From a virus, in the IMG/VR virus record IMGVR_UViG_3300030343_000012: a stretch of DNA of 64,000 bases, one strand, 5' to 3'. Position numbers and translations under genes: made by a program. The notes beneath the pieces are model-generated. The model was not told the origin of the DNA, made no database searches, and saw nothing but the letters and a program-made list of their open reading frames with translations. Shown in pieces: positions 19,184 through 29,665 of the stretch (position 1 is its first letter; every line of letters begins with the position of its first letter).

Positions 19184-20208
19184 TAAAGAGAATATCCTTT
19201 ATAGCAAATTAAATATGCTACATGACGTAACAAGGTTCCTAACTCATACATACCTTCTTGTATTTCCTTATTAGTTACAGGTCTAACTTTAGTATAGTAT
19301 TGTGGAATAGTAGATACTACTAAATAATTAGCCTTTATTGAAGGTTTTGATATATTGTATTCCTTTGCTACATACAAATTTAATAGGTATAAATATTCAG
19401 CTAATTCCCTACTATAGTGATATCTATTGATATTATCATCGATAGCAGACACTACTTTACTAATAGTTTTAACATCATTTACAGTAATAATGTCTTGCTC
19501 CGTATCAATGGTAAAATTATCAAGTTTAGCTTTTAAGTGTAATATGGTTTTCTTACCATTAGCACATTCAGCCTCTATATCTAATAGGAATGCTTGTTCA
19601 TTCATAGAAAGAGGAGGATCTAAGAGTCCTGAAGGATTAAGTAACTCTTGAATTTGTGGATTCTTAGTTAATGCTTCTACACAATTATATACAGTATCAC
19701 GACTTTTATCATCTAAATAGATAAGTTCCTTGGTACTATTTAATTGTGCATTCTTTCTAGCTTTCCAATATGGAATACATTGCTCATTCACCCTTTTAAT
19801 AATATCTGGAGTGAGCTTATTTTTATAGTAATTAACCTTACTTGAAGCTTCTTCAATATCAGAGGTTCTAATAGGATGTTGTAACCATACTGGATAAAGT
19901 TCATCTGCCATAGCTCCTAGTTTAGCAGTAGGTTTTCCTAGAGCAGGAGCAAGTTCAAAACTCTCATCCTGCAAAGTGAGACAATGAACTGCAGAACCTA
20001 TAACTAAACTAGAAACAAATCCTTCGTCTTTGAACCCTGCAAAGAAAGCATCTGTTGAACCTCCTTGAAATGGATTAAGTAATCCTAACCTTGAATTACT
20101 TATATAACTTCCATATTTAGAAGAGAAATACTCTGCATCATCAATTTTAACTAATTTAAGAGTGTCAATTAATGGAGTAAGTTTAACTATGTCTCTTAAT
20201 TTTGCCAT
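19183..20208 (-). CDS. hypothetical protein (weak resemblance to a PD-(D/E)XK/YqaJ-type exonuclease)
   Basis: VIGSAVHCLTL resembles a G.SA motif and acidic/Lys residues follow. The call is weak. Confidence 0.45.
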   Translation of the reverse strand: MAKLRDIVKLTPLIDTLKLVKIDDAEYFSSKYGSYISNSRLGLLNPFQGGSTDAFFAGFKDEGFVSSLVIGSAVHCLTLQDESFELAPALGKPTAKLGAMADELYPVWLQHPIRTSDIEEASSKVNYYKNKLTPDIIKRVNEQCIPYWKARKNAQLNSTKELIYLDDKSRDTVYNCVEALTKNPQIQELLNPSGLLDPPLSMNEQAFLLDIEAECANGKKTILHLKAKLDNFTIDTEQDIITVNDVKTISKVVSAIDDNINRYHYSRELAEYLYLLNLYVAKEYNISKPSIKANYLVVSTIPQYYTKVRPVTNKEIQEGMYELGTLLRHVAYLICYKGYSL

Positions 20209-20756
20209 TCTAAGACATTTAACTCATTCATATATGCATCTAGGATTTCTTCATAATCTAAATTATAAATGCGAAATTCACACTCCACATTTTGATTGTG
20301 TGGTCTATCAATAAGAAGGGCAGGTAATCCACTCTGTATAGCCTTAGTTACATTAAATAAACTATCATCTATAAGAACATCACATCTTCCCTTTATTATA
20401 TCAGCTTTATTACCATTTTGATTATAAGTCTGATAAATGGGTTTTATTGGCAAACCATTTTTAATTAAAGAATTACGAGTGTAACTCTTTTGATTTATAC
20501 GTTTAGTTGAGTAAATATGAGGTTCAAAATTAGGACGCTCTAATAACTCTAGATTTTCCCAAAATTCTCTATCATACTGTAACTTACGTACATTTCTGGT
20601 AATTATATGTTGCACTAAATTACGTTCACCAGGAAAACGCTTTTGATAAGCCTCAAACCACTTTAAAATGGTATCATCTATATCTAGTGCAATACGTAGG
20701 TTATTCATATTCTTCAATTTCATGAATGCTTCCCAAGAAAATATCGTGATTATCAT
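20196..20756 (-). CDS. HAD-superfamily hydrolase (5'-nucleotidase-like); start probably MNNLRIALDIDDT at ~20708
   Basis: HAD motif I LDIDDTIL is present, with a later LIDD. Confidence 0.55.
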   Translation of the reverse strand: MIITIFSWEAFMKLKNMNNLRIALDIDDTILKWFEAYQKRFPGERNLVQHIITRNVRKLQYDREFWENLELLERPNFEPHIYSTKRINQKSYTRNSLIKNGLPIKPIYQTYNQNGNKADIIKGRCDVLIDDSLFNVTKAIQSGLPALLIDRPHNQNVECEFRIYNLDYEEILDAYMNELNVLEWQN

Positions 20757-20928
20757 ATATCAACTGCATAAATTCTTCGTAATCTGTACACTCTGCCAAA
20801 GCATCTGAATCAAATTCTTCTGCATAATGTTTAATTACTTTGTCTACACAGTCTTCATAACTATTTGCGGTAATTTTGAGAATATCGCACTCTCCTGGGT
20901 CACTCCAAGGAATCAAATAAGTATTCAT
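20701..20928 (-). CDS. hypothetical acidic protein
   Basis: ORF in the array. Confidence 0.5.
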   Translation of the reverse strand: MNTYLIPWSDPGECDILKITANSYEDCVDKVIKHYAEEFDSDALAECTDYEEFMQLIYDNHDIFLGSIHEIEEYE

Positions 20929-20929
20929 T

Positions 20930-21457
20930 TTATTTACTAATTAGTTGGTAAAAGTAATCTATCGGTATAACGGCAACTGTACCAGGACTTTGTTCTCCAT
21001 CTTTGCCTGCTTTCTTCCAACACATTACAAAAGGCTTGTCCTTTAAACTACAAGCATCTCTAATTGTGAAGTAATTAGGCATGTTCTGAGTATATTTAGC
21101 TTGTATATAACAAGGAACTTCCTCATCACAAATATCCACTTTATTAGCGTCTAAAGTTTTATCTTTATTACGGCTAGTCATGCAATTAGGATATCCAATT
21201 TCCCTTAATTTATGTACAATATCAAGTTCAAAGCTAGATCCCTTTTTCTTACTCTTTTTAGCAGTAAGACTTCTTCTAACAGCAGGATCTGCCCATTGAA
21301 ATGTCATTCCATCTTTAGATTTAGCTCCAGAGCCAGGTTTATTAGCTCTAGACTTAATTGAATTAACTGTTAATTTAGTTACTTCGGAAGCTTCTTCTAT
21401 TGTTTGGAATGTTTGTGTGTCGCCATTCTTATATTTTACTGTTACACTAGTATTCAC
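20930..21457 (-). CDS. hypothetical protein, possible Hjc-like Holliday-junction resolvase domain
   Basis: KGSSFELDIVHKLREIGY...SR...KVDI...IQAK resembles Hjc GSxFE...R..S...KVDL...E.K, but Q replaces the catalytic E. Confidence 0.35.
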   Translation of the reverse strand: MNTSVTVKYKNGDTQTFQTIEEASEVTKLTVNSIKSRANKPGSGAKSKDGMTFQWADPAVRRSLTAKKSKKKGSSFELDIVHKLREIGYPNCMTSRNKDKTLDANKVDICDEEVPCYIQAKYTQNMPNYFTIRDACSLKDKPFVMCWKKAGKDGEQSPGTVAVIPIDYFYQLISK

Positions 21458-22458
21458 CTATGTCTTTCCCATTCTTTTATATATTTAATAGATTCTTTAA
21501 TAAATTTAATAGTCTCCTCTCTCCCATACTTCTTATAGAAATCACTAATATCCTTAGCCCCATACCTTCTAGGTATAATACAAGGAATTAAGAAATCATA
21601 TTTCCTACGCAGTACATTAGTATAGTGTATTCCTGTAAGATCTGAATCAAATAAAAGTACTATTTTATCAAATCTCTGCTTTAAATCTTCTAAGATAGTA
21701 TTAGAAATAAATTGAGTTTCACTTTGTGGAGCACATGCAGGTATTCCCATACTATATAAACAAGCACAATCTTTTAAACTCTTAGTTATTACTAATAACT
21801 TACCATTCTTAGGTAATTGTCTATAACCTTGAATAGTTTTAGTAGATATATTACCTATAAATCTATAATCAGACCTTTTCGGATAATATATTTTCCACTG
21901 TTCTACATGTTCCTTCTTTCCAAAGTAATATCCATAACTAGGGCATTTTGGAGTAGACTGACTAACTATAGAACCATTTAAAAAGACTGTTCTACAACTA
22001 AATATTCTATACTTATTTAATATAGGTTTAGTTATACCATACTGATTCCACCATTTTAGTTCCTCTTCGGAAAATTCTTGTGCCTCTATTTGAATGAAAG
22101 TTTGTTTGTCTCCTTTAAATTCAGCTTGCTTAACTACAGGTTTAGATATAGGAGATTCTCCCTTAATAAACCCAAAGTCTTTAGCTATAATTCTCAGAGC
22201 CTCATGGTAATTACAATTAAACTTTTTCATTACAACATTTTCAAAGGCAAAGCATTCTCCGGTAGCAAAGTCTTTAAAGTAAAGTCTGCCAGATTTACCT
22301 CTAAAAAATCCACAAGTTTTATGATGGTCAGAACGTAGAGGAGACACATACAAGCCCTTATCTACAGGTATTCCTAAATAATAACTCATATATGTCTCCT
22401 CATTGTTTTCACTTAGAAGAAACTCCCTAGTAACTTTAGGTTCAAAACTAAAGTCCAT
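21454..22458 (-). CDS. DNA primase (Toprim domain)
   Basis: LLVITKSLKDCACL...VLLFDSDLTG is a Toprim acidic motif, and the gene sits next to a helicase. Confidence 0.5.
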   Translation of the reverse strand: MDFSFEPKVTREFLLSENNEETYMSYYLGIPVDKGLYVSPLRSDHHKTCGFFRGKSGRLYFKDFATGECFAFENVVMKKFNCNYHEALRIIAKDFGFIKGESPISKPVVKQAEFKGDKQTFIQIEAQEFSEEELKWWNQYGITKPILNKYRIFSCRTVFLNGSIVSQSTPKCPSYGYYFGKKEHVEQWKIYYPKRSDYRFIGNISTKTIQGYRQLPKNGKLLVITKSLKDCACLYSMGIPACAPQSETQFISNTILEDLKQRFDKIVLLFDSDLTGIHYTNVLRRKYDFLIPCIIPRRYGAKDISDFYKKYGREETIKFIKESIKYIKEWERHR

Positions 22459-22472
22459 AGAGAATTATTTAA

Positions 22473-23162
22473 TTAAAGCAAGCTATCGAGATCCAAATCG
22501 TCCTTAGGAGCTTCATCTACTCCCGCTGTATCTGCGACAGCCTTATCTGGATCAGTAGGAGTTGACTTCAAATACTCATCACGCTTACCAGCCTCATAAT
22601 CAGACCAGAAAAGCTTTGGACCAATATAATTGTCACAAATAAATGCTTCTCCCTCCTTATTCAAAGCCAAGATGCGTGGAATCTGAGCAACTACCTTACC
22701 GTCACGATTCTTACCTGTCAATTTAATTTTAATATCTGTATCAATAGCTGGTGTAGTTACTTTAATGAAAGTCTTTGCAACATCATCAAAACTCTTAAAC
22801 TTAACACTCAGCTTTTGCATCTGTTCAAAACCTTTAGGGTTAAGAACCTGTGCAGTCTGTTTTACTATTGCCATAGTGGTCTCAAATGAGGAAGCCATCT
22901 GAACCTTACCACCATTAGCACCATCAAATTCTGGTCGTACATCATCACCATCTTTAGGGAAGAATAAATCTACATTAAAATAGCCATCCTCATTCTCATA
23001 TTTAATAGAGAGCAACTTATAATGAGCGTTAGGGTCTTTCTTACCGTTAAACTCACGAATTTCAGCTCCTTTAAACTTTACATCATGGATTTCCCATGGT
23101 GCGAGTGGACGACGACTGTTACGAACTGCAGAATCAGATGAAATAGCAAAATTAAATGACAT
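22473..23162 (-). CDS. hypothetical protein, candidate single-stranded DNA-binding protein
   Basis: Acidic C-terminal tail DDLDLDSLL and a position inside the replication module. No OB fold was verified. Confidence 0.35.
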   Translation of the reverse strand: MSFNFAISSDSAVRNSRRPLAPWEIHDVKFKGAEIREFNGKKDPNAHYKLLSIKYENEDGYFNVDLFFPKDGDDVRPEFDGANGGKVQMASSFETTMAIVKQTAQVLNPKGFEQMQKLSVKFKSFDDVAKTFIKVTTPAIDTDIKIKLTGKNRDGKVVAQIPRILALNKEGEAFICDNYIGPKLFWSDYEAGKRDEYLKSTPTDPDKAVADTAGVDEAPKDDLDLDSLL

Positions 23163-23195
23163 ATATTATATAATTTTCAAAATTTAAGTAATCAT

Positions 23196-23222
23196 AATCT
23201 AATAAATTAATTGTTATCTAAT
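23196..23222 (-). promoter_or_regulatory. two ATCTAAT copies upstream of the 23162 start
   Basis: Copies at 23196 and 23216, which are 34 and 54 bp upstream of the start codon. Confidence 0.3.
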
Positions 23223-23244
23223 ATATTTAATTAACTCTATTTTA

Positions 23245-23808
23245 TTAGAGAGTATAACTCAGACCAGATAGGTCTGTAGATTCCTCTTCTATAGCATCCA
23301 AGTTAGTTATATCAAGCTCATCCTCAATATTAACTAACTCTTTTGGAACCTCTTGTTCTTCAGGCATTTTGTCTCCTACAAGCCAATAAATACCCTCATC
23401 TTCAGTTGGTTCCATTTTAAAGGTAGTACCATATCCTGCTAACTTCTTATTATTAGCACCTCCATATCTTACAGTATTCTTACCTGAAAGTAAATTACCT
23501 CCCTTAGATTTAAAAGCAGCATCTGTTCCAATCTTTGGAAGCAGCTGTTTGCCCTTCTTGTCATACTTGATGTCTATACGACAATCTTCACAGACTTGTA
23601 ATAAATCAACTGCTCCTTGGGTAAGCGTTAATTTAGTAGAATCAAGTGTTACAATAGGCTCAGGGTTTTCATCTTTCTTAGTAGAACTCTTTCTGGAAGA
23701 AGAAGAAGTTTTCTTAGCAGTGTCTACCTTAATCTCATCTTTACCAATAAAAGTGATTTCTCCTGTTGCTTCATCAACAGAATAGTGCATTACAATGTCC
23801 AGCTTCAT
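23245..23808 (-). CDS. hypothetical Lys-rich protein
   Basis: ORF in the array. Confidence 0.5.
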   Translation of the reverse strand: MKLDIVMHYSVDEATGEITFIGKDEIKVDTAKKTSSSSRKSSTKKDENPEPIVTLDSTKLTLTQGAVDLLQVCEDCRIDIKYDKKGKQLLPKIGTDAAFKSKGGNLLSGKNTVRYGGANNKKLAGYGTTFKMEPTEDEGIYWLVGDKMPEEQEVPKELVNIEDELDITNLDAIEEESTDLSGLSYTL

Positions 23809-23845
23809 ATATTCAATAATTAGTTAATTAGTTAGTTAAATAGTC

Positions 23846-24541
23846 TTAATCTTCGTTTTCAAATGCATTAATAGTATCTATAACCAGTTTCATATCAGGC
23901 TCAATATACTTTTCGTCAAAACAGCCTGCCACACTTCTACAAGTATCATTACCATCTGTTCTAGTCTTAAAACGATAATGTACTTCTCCATCTACATCAT
24001 CCACAATTCTTTCTGAATAAATAATGTATGAAAACATTCCATCCAAATTAATTTGGTTAGTTAACATCTTACCAGTTGTCCAGAGACGATATTGTGGATC
24101 CAAATCAGTTCCAAAATTTTCAGTATGTGAAATAACTACAATAGTTAAATCATCACGAAGAAGTTGACACTCTGCTAGCAAATCATAATAATTCTTTGCC
24201 ATCAATGTAAACTTCTCATATCCCTTGGTAGTAGCATTCTCAAAGGTTTCATTAGATAACAGATAATTAATATCATCAAGAACTACTACCTTTATATCTG
24301 GTCGAGAATCAGAAATCATATGCAATACATTCTCAATTTTAGTATAATTATTCTGAATATACCAATTGCCAATGAGCTTTTTATCTCTAATAGCTACCTT
24401 AGGATACTTCTTACGAAATCCTGGAATCTGAAGCTGCTTATTAGTACAACTTATAATAAATGTAGACTCTGGGTCAAGAGTGCGTAGACTAGTTGATTTT
24501 CCACTATTTGATAAACCTGCCAAGCAAATAAGATTACTCAT
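23846..24541 (-). CDS. AAA_24/Sak4-like P-loop ATPase (RecA-like recombination/annealing helper)
   Basis: Walker A GLSNSGKST and Walker B-like VVVLDD in a ~230-aa protein. Confidence 0.5.
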   Translation of the reverse strand: MSNLICLAGLSNSGKSTSLRTLDPESTFIISCTNKQLQIPGFRKKYPKVAIRDKKLIGNWYIQNNYTKIENVLHMISDSRPDIKVVVLDDINYLLSNETFENATTKGYEKFTLMAKNYYDLLAECQLLRDDLTIVVISHTENFGTDLDPQYRLWTTGKMLTNQINLDGMFSYIIYSERIVDDVDGEVHYRFKTRTDGNDTCRSVAGCFDEKYIEPDMKLVIDTINAFENED

Positions 24542-25677
24542 AATATAAATGAATATTTAGAATTTTGATTGTTATCATCTATTTCTTCTTCATCTATATG
24601 ATTAAGTTCAACATTTAATTGCTGAACCCCATCTTCTAATAAATAATTAGGACTAGTATATTTCTCCCAGTCAAATATATTCTCAGGTTTAGGTAAATCT
24701 GCATAATGACTGCAATCACCATAAAAACCGGTAGGAATCATTAAGTCTGAAGAACCAAATCTACTTTTTAAGATAAATACACCAATAAAACACTGCTCTA
24801 GTATCTTGATATTATATTTCTTATAAGTAGATAATTTATATTTATGTGGACTAAATAAACCTATAGCTACTTGTGAGTCTTCAAGTAATGATCCACTGTC
24901 TTTATAGTCTTCCATAGATGGGTCTTGTAGACCTTGTTTCATTCTCTCCTGACCATTAGCATTTCTATTAAACTGAGAAATCATTATCGGAGATACAATT
25001 TTAGTATTATTTCTGATTTGAACAGAATCTCTAGAAATTGCATCAATTTCATCTTTCTTAGTTCGACCACCACTTGCCTTTACCAAGGTCATATGGTCAA
25101 TCATAATACCTAGAAACATGTTAGGATTATTTGGAATGTATTTACCATTCTCAAATTTACCCCACTTTAATAATTCCTCATTTACTTCCTTTAAATAGAC
25201 TGCTTCTGTAAGACTACCTTCATAAAAAGATAATCTTTCATCAAGAATTTTGATAAAGTCAGCACTCCTAGTTAAGAGTTCATACTCTTCATCAGATAAT
25301 ACACAGTCTTTTCCTCTAGAGAATATCTGCTTAAATCGCAATTCAACTCCAAAATTGTCAAATATGTACATACTAACTAACTTAGCATATACTTGACTAC
25401 GAGTCATCTCTAGTGAGAATAATAACCATCTAGGGTCTCTTTCTGGACTATCCCCATTTAAATAATGCATTAATGGTTGATATACGTAAGTCCAAAGTGC
25501 CCAGGTAGATTTACCACTGCCTGAAGCACCTCCTATTAAATAAGAGGTACCTGGAAGAACTCCATCGGTATATAAATCTAACTTAGGTGAACCTGTACTA
25601 AGTCCTATATTGTGTCCTTCTCTTCCTTCTTTAACTAATTGAAAGAACTCCTCTAAACCACTAATTCTCTCTGCCAT
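24538..25677 (-). CDS. DnaB-like (SF4) replicative helicase domain protein
   Basis: Walker A GGASGSGKSTWALW and H4-like GIMIDHMTL. Confidence 0.55.
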   Translation of the reverse strand: MAERISGLEEFFQLVKEGREGHNIGLSTGSPKLDLYTDGVLPGTSYLIGGASGSGKSTWALWTYVYQPLMHYLNGDSPERDPRWLLFSLEMTRSQVYAKLVSMYIFDNFGVELRFKQIFSRGKDCVLSDEEYELLTRSADFIKILDERLSFYEGSLTEAVYLKEVNEELLKWGKFENGKYIPNNPNMFLGIMIDHMTLVKASGGRTKKDEIDAISRDSVQIRNNTKIVSPIMISQFNRNANGQERMKQGLQDPSMEDYKDSGSLLEDSQVAIGLFSPHKYKLSTYKKYNIKILEQCFIGVFILKSRFGSSDLMIPTGFYGDCSHYADLPKPENIFDWEKYTSPNYLLEDGVQQLNVELNHIDEEEIDDNNQNSKYSFIL

Positions 25678-25686
25678 AATATTTAA

Positions 25687-26292
25687 TTATACAACCTTAA
25701 TAGCGTCAAAATTAGTATTGGCTAAATCTCCATTACGAAGAGCTTCTAATTCATCCCATCTATGATCTATTACAAAGTTACACAAACTTACACAGAGAAT
25801 ATTATTCTCTCGAGCCCATTTAACTAATTCAATAATATGGTCATGAGTTTCCTGTTTCCACCTAATAGTCTTTCCATAGAAGCGATAAAAGTCTTCTAGA
25901 CTATCAAACTTCTTAGAAACACTACGTATACCAACTGGATTCCCATTGATGAAACCGAATTGAGGATATTCTTCAAACAGTTCTTTACCTAATTCAAAAG
26001 AACACTTATAAAAGTCTTTTACAAGATTTCTATTAATAGGAATACTAAATAAATCTAATCGTTCACCTTTTTTAGGTAACTTATAAGACTTTAATATTAC
26101 TCCTACCTCTTGTAATCTAATTAATTGTTCCAATAGGCTTCCCTTTGCCTCTGATTGAAAATAAAGCTGGACAAGTTCTGCATCGTCACCCTCTTGAGCG
26201 ATGAGAATAATTTCTAGCAACAATAATTGATTTGCATCAATTTTATATTTTTCACAAAATACAAGCTGCTGTTTAAGTTCTAAATTCTTCAC
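25687..26292 (-). CDS. hypothetical protein (possible helicase loader by position)
   Basis: ORF in the array. Confidence 0.45.
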   Translation of the reverse strand: MKNLELKQQLVFCEKYKIDANQLLLLEIILIAQEGDDAELVQLYFQSEAKGSLLEQLIRLQEVGVILKSYKLPKKGERLDLFSIPINRNLVKDFYKCSFELGKELFEEYPQFGFINGNPVGIRSVSKKFDSLEDFYRFYGKTIRWKQETHDHIIELVKWARENNILCVSLCNFVIDHRWDELEALRNGDLANTNFDAIKVV

Positions 26293-26381
26293 GTATAATT
26301 AACATATTTAGCTAGTTAACACTAGACTTGTAATACTTGTTATAGCTTTAGAGTCTAGTTACGTGAATATTATAGACTTAT

Positions 26382-26645
26382 CTATTCAGTGGTTTCTTCA
26401 GCCACTGGATCCATTTCAAAATCTGGTTCGAATACCACCTCTTTAGTGTATTCTAATTCCTTTACTTTCTTCTGAAGCTTTTCAATCTGCTTCTTCAAAC
26501 GCTTATTCTCACTAGTAAGAGCATTTTTCATTTGATTATACTCTCGCTTTGTGTAATACATTTCCATTTCTAATGTCTTAAAACCTAAATGTAAAATTCT
26601 TAATCTTCCTTTTATAAAGCTCGTATGGTTCCCCTTTAAGGACAT
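26382..26645 (-). CDS. hypothetical coiled-coil protein (start likely MEMYY at ~26567)
   Basis: The listed start overlaps the helicase 3' end; an internal Met avoids the overlap. Confidence 0.4.
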   Translation of the reverse strand: MSLKGNHTSFIKGRLRILHLGFKTLEMEMYYTKREYNQMKNALTSENKRLKKQIEKLQKKVKELEYTKEVVFEPDFEMDPVAEETTE

Positions 26646-27861
26646 GCATTAAATTCTCTACATCAATAATTTCAATCTGAGAATCCTTCTTGGCATTTTG
26701 CATCCATTTAGTTTCTACAGTATCATTAATTACTAATGTAAAAAACTCAGCACCAAGTTTACCCTTCGCCAATCGTACTACTCTTCCAAGAGACTGCACC
26801 GCTTTAGTTTTACTACTATCTATACCAGTTTGTATACCTACTGATAAATCGGGTACATCCAAGCCTTCAATTGCCATTTTACAACTGTTTAGCACTCCAC
26901 TTGGCATTTTAGAAAACTCTTCTAGGGTTATTCTATTTTTCTTTTTACCTTCTTTACCGGTATAAACATATCCCTCTTTATAAGCTTCAGCCATAGCTGT
27001 ATTGGCATTAAAAGTGACAATTTTCTTATCGCTTCTATACTTAATTATCTCTTTAGCTATTCTTATTTTCTCAGGATGATTCTGTACAAACTTCTTTCTA
27101 GATTGCATAGTTTTCATAAAACCCATAGCATGAAATGTAACAGATTTTAAATAGTCTTTTTGCATAGCATAATCATCAGGATAGGTATCCTTACAATATT
27201 GCCATCTATTAGTAAAACCATTTTTACCTGTCATAGACATAACCTTGTTGAAGTCCCATTGAAAGAATTCAAAGTGTTCATTAAATTCTTTATTATATTT
27301 CTGATAAACATCAATATCAGGGACATCAATAACAACTACAAAGTCTTTATATTTAGCTACCCATCCATTAAAGAGGGCATCCTCCATAGTTATAGTGTCT
27401 ACAACTGGAGCATATTTAGCTAAAATTTCATGTCTTCCATCCAGTCTTTCGAAAGTAGCAGTTAAACCAAGTATCAATTTAAACTTAGTATTTGTAAGAA
27501 CATTACTAAGAACTTCACTATTGATTTTATGGGCTTCATCGATAATTAGTAAATCACAAGACCATTCCTTTTTAGATGCTCCCATCATTACTCTTACATC
27601 AGTATTAAATCCCAAACCTCTCTCATCAAGTTCTTTAGACCATTGTTCTTTTAAGTTATCGAAAGGTACTACCACTAGTACTGACATTGTAGGATACTTT
27701 GATCGTAATTTAGTTATAGCATTTATAGCTACCCTAGTCTTGCCGAATCCCGTACATCCTACAATAGTTCCGTGTCCTTTAGCTTTAATCCAAGCTTTAA
27801 GTGCTTGAGCCTGTCTTTCATCTCGAGAAACAGGCTCAAATAAATCGTGCATTACTGGCAC
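26578..27861 (-). CDS. SF2 DEAD/DEAH-box helicase (UvsW/Res-subunit-like)
   Basis: Motif I GCTGFGKT, motif II IIDEAH, motif III TAT and motif VI QSLGRVVR. Confidence 0.7.
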   Translation of the reverse strand: MPVMHDLFEPVSRDERQAQALKAWIKAKGHGTIVGCTGFGKTRVAINAITKLRSKYPTMSVLVVVPFDNLKEQWSKELDERGLGFNTDVRVMMGASKKEWSCDLLIIDEAHKINSEVLSNVLTNTKFKLILGLTATFERLDGRHEILAKYAPVVDTITMEDALFNGWVAKYKDFVVVIDVPDIDVYQKYNKEFNEHFEFFQWDFNKVMSMTGKNGFTNRWQYCKDTYPDDYAMQKDYLKSVTFHAMGFMKTMQSRKKFVQNHPEKIRIAKEIIKYRSDKKIVTFNANTAMAEAYKEGYVYTGKEGKKKNRITLEEFSKMPSGVLNSCKMAIEGLDVPDLSVGIQTGIDSSKTKAVQSLGRVVRLAKGKLGAEFFTLVINDTVETKWMQNAKKDSQIEIIDVENLMHVLKGEPYELYKRKIKNFTFRF

Positions 27862-27894
27862 TTATGACAATATTTTCACTAGTATGCTAACTTA

Positions 27895-28764
27895 TTACAA
27901 GTCAGCACGTGTTACATCCCAACCTTTATCTGCAGCAACTTTATTAATTTCATCTATCTTAGTAAGCCATTGCTTAGCCTGCTCTTCACACTGAATCTGG
28001 AAACGATACAGAATTTTATTAGAAAGTAATTTAAGTTGCTCACTAGTTAAGTTAGAATATTTATCTCTCTGCAGCATATAGATTGCCTTAAACTCAGTAT
28101 AAGACAAACCTGTATCACAAATACGTAAATACTGATTAGGTCTCAAACTAATTCTAAGTTCTTCCTTAACTACATCAAAACGATTTCTAGCCTTACCAGT
28201 TTCAGGGTCTTTACGATACAAATCCTTTTGCATCTCACGTGGTGTAAACCACAGACCCATTTTAAGAATAAAGTTAAGTGTAATATGGCTATTATCAAAA
28301 ATTCCCAAAAGGTCAAGACAAGCATCCATTACCAATTTAACAGGCACTTGCTGATAGTCGATAGGAAGACCATCCATTACCTTACTAATAGGGAATGATT
28401 TAATTGCCTCTGGGGTTAGTGTATCTTTATTGTTACTGATTAACTTTCGTAAATCTTCCAAACATCTTGTGTTAGAATACTGCTTCTCAGCCATAAGCCA
28501 TCTTATAAGAAGTTCTGCTCTACAACGACTAATTTGATCCTGTACAATCTCAAGTAAGGTAACTCTTCCTGGATTTTTAGAATCCTCATTATAAAGCATT
28601 TGCTGACAATGACGATACCACTTTTTAAGTTGATCAAAGGAAGCATCAATCATTAAGATTTCTTGCTGCTCTCCATTAACCTTTGGACCCTTCCATACAT
28701 AAGTAGTAATATCACTTGCCTTTTTACTCATAGCTGCCTGAAGCTTATCTCCTAATACTGTCAT
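27895..28764 (-). CDS. hypothetical protein
   Basis: ORF in the array. Confidence 0.5.
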   Translation of the reverse strand: MTVLGDKLQAAMSKKASDITTYVWKGPKVNGEQQEILMIDASFDQLKKWYRHCQQMLYNEDSKNPGRVTLLEIVQDQISRCRAELLIRWLMAEKQYSNTRCLEDLRKLISNNKDTLTPEAIKSFPISKVMDGLPIDYQQVPVKLVMDACLDLLGIFDNSHITLNFILKMGLWFTPREMQKDLYRKDPETGKARNRFDVVKEELRISLRPNQYLRICDTGLSYTEFKAIYMLQRDKYSNLTSEQLKLLSNKILYRFQIQCEEQAKQWLTKIDEINKVAADKGWDVTRADL

Positions 28765-28824
28765 ATAATTAAATTCAAATAATGTTTCATAGTAATCTAA
28801 TAATTAATAATCTACAATATAAAT

Positions 28825-29142
28825 TTAATCTAAAATAATTTCACTTATATCAACTTTAGGTTTATCCTCAATAAACTTGAGAAATATGACATTAGTATAT
28901 TTATAAGGTATTAGGTTCTGACCATCAAACCATGTATCTTTTCCTCCTTCTACATATCTTATATTTAAATATCCAATTTCATCAATTTCGATACTTTTTT
29001 GCTCCCAATTAGGAAATCGAACACACATTATATATCTAAAGTCTTCATCCTTAGGATTTAAATCTTCAAATACATAATTAGTATATCCCATTCCGTCTAT
29101 TTGTTCCGCAACTAGTTTAGCATGAATTGTTATTTGCTCCAT
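28825..29142 (-). CDS. hypothetical protein
   Basis: ORF in the array. Confidence 0.5.
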   Translation of the reverse strand: MEQITIHAKLVAEQIDGMGYTNYVFEDLNPKDEDFRYIMCVRFPNWEQKSIEIDEIGYLNIRYVEGGKDTWFDGQNLIPYKYTNVIFLKFIEDKPKVDISEIILD

Positions 29143-29296
29143 TAATGAAACACATTCATATCATCAAAGTGCTTACATCCATATTTAGCAAAATCGCTAT
29201 ATAACTTATCCATATTAGCTATACATGGATATTTTAAACATCTTTTACAACTTCTTTCTGGATGTTTATAAGTTAATCCATTTGGATCTTTATAGT

Positions 29297-29665
29297 TTAC
29301 TTTACTAACAGGCATGCAAGAATGATATTTAATATTATACTAATCTTAGTTACAACTTTATATTTTTTGTGTGAACTTTGTAATTGTGTTATTCTAATGC
29401 TATCCTTTTTAATAATAGCGTTATATTGCTTTTCATTAATTCTTCTTATAGAATCAGTATGTAACCAAGATTTATTTATCTTTTCTAGTGTTTCAATCTT
29501 CTTATTCAACAATGGAACTTCTTTTGTATATTTCTCATGCTCTAGAAATATAAGATTAGTTGTTTTCAGTTGTTCCGGAGTTATTGTAATGGTTGATGTA
29601 GTTTGTGAAAAACTGTATGTCGGCAGAAGTATCATTAGACATAATAATAGCTTTCTTATCTTCAT
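29297..29665 (-). CDS. hypothetical protein with N-terminal signal peptide and C-terminal TM
   Basis: MKIRKLLLCLMILLPTYSFSQ signal. Overlaps the next ORF by ~110 bp. Confidence 0.4.
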   Translation of the reverse strand: MKIRKLLLCLMILLPTYSFSQTTSTITITPEQLKTTNLIFLEHEKYTKEVPLLNKKIETLEKINKSWLHTDSIRRINEKQYNAIIKKDSIRITQLQSSHKKYKVVTKISIILNIILACLLVK

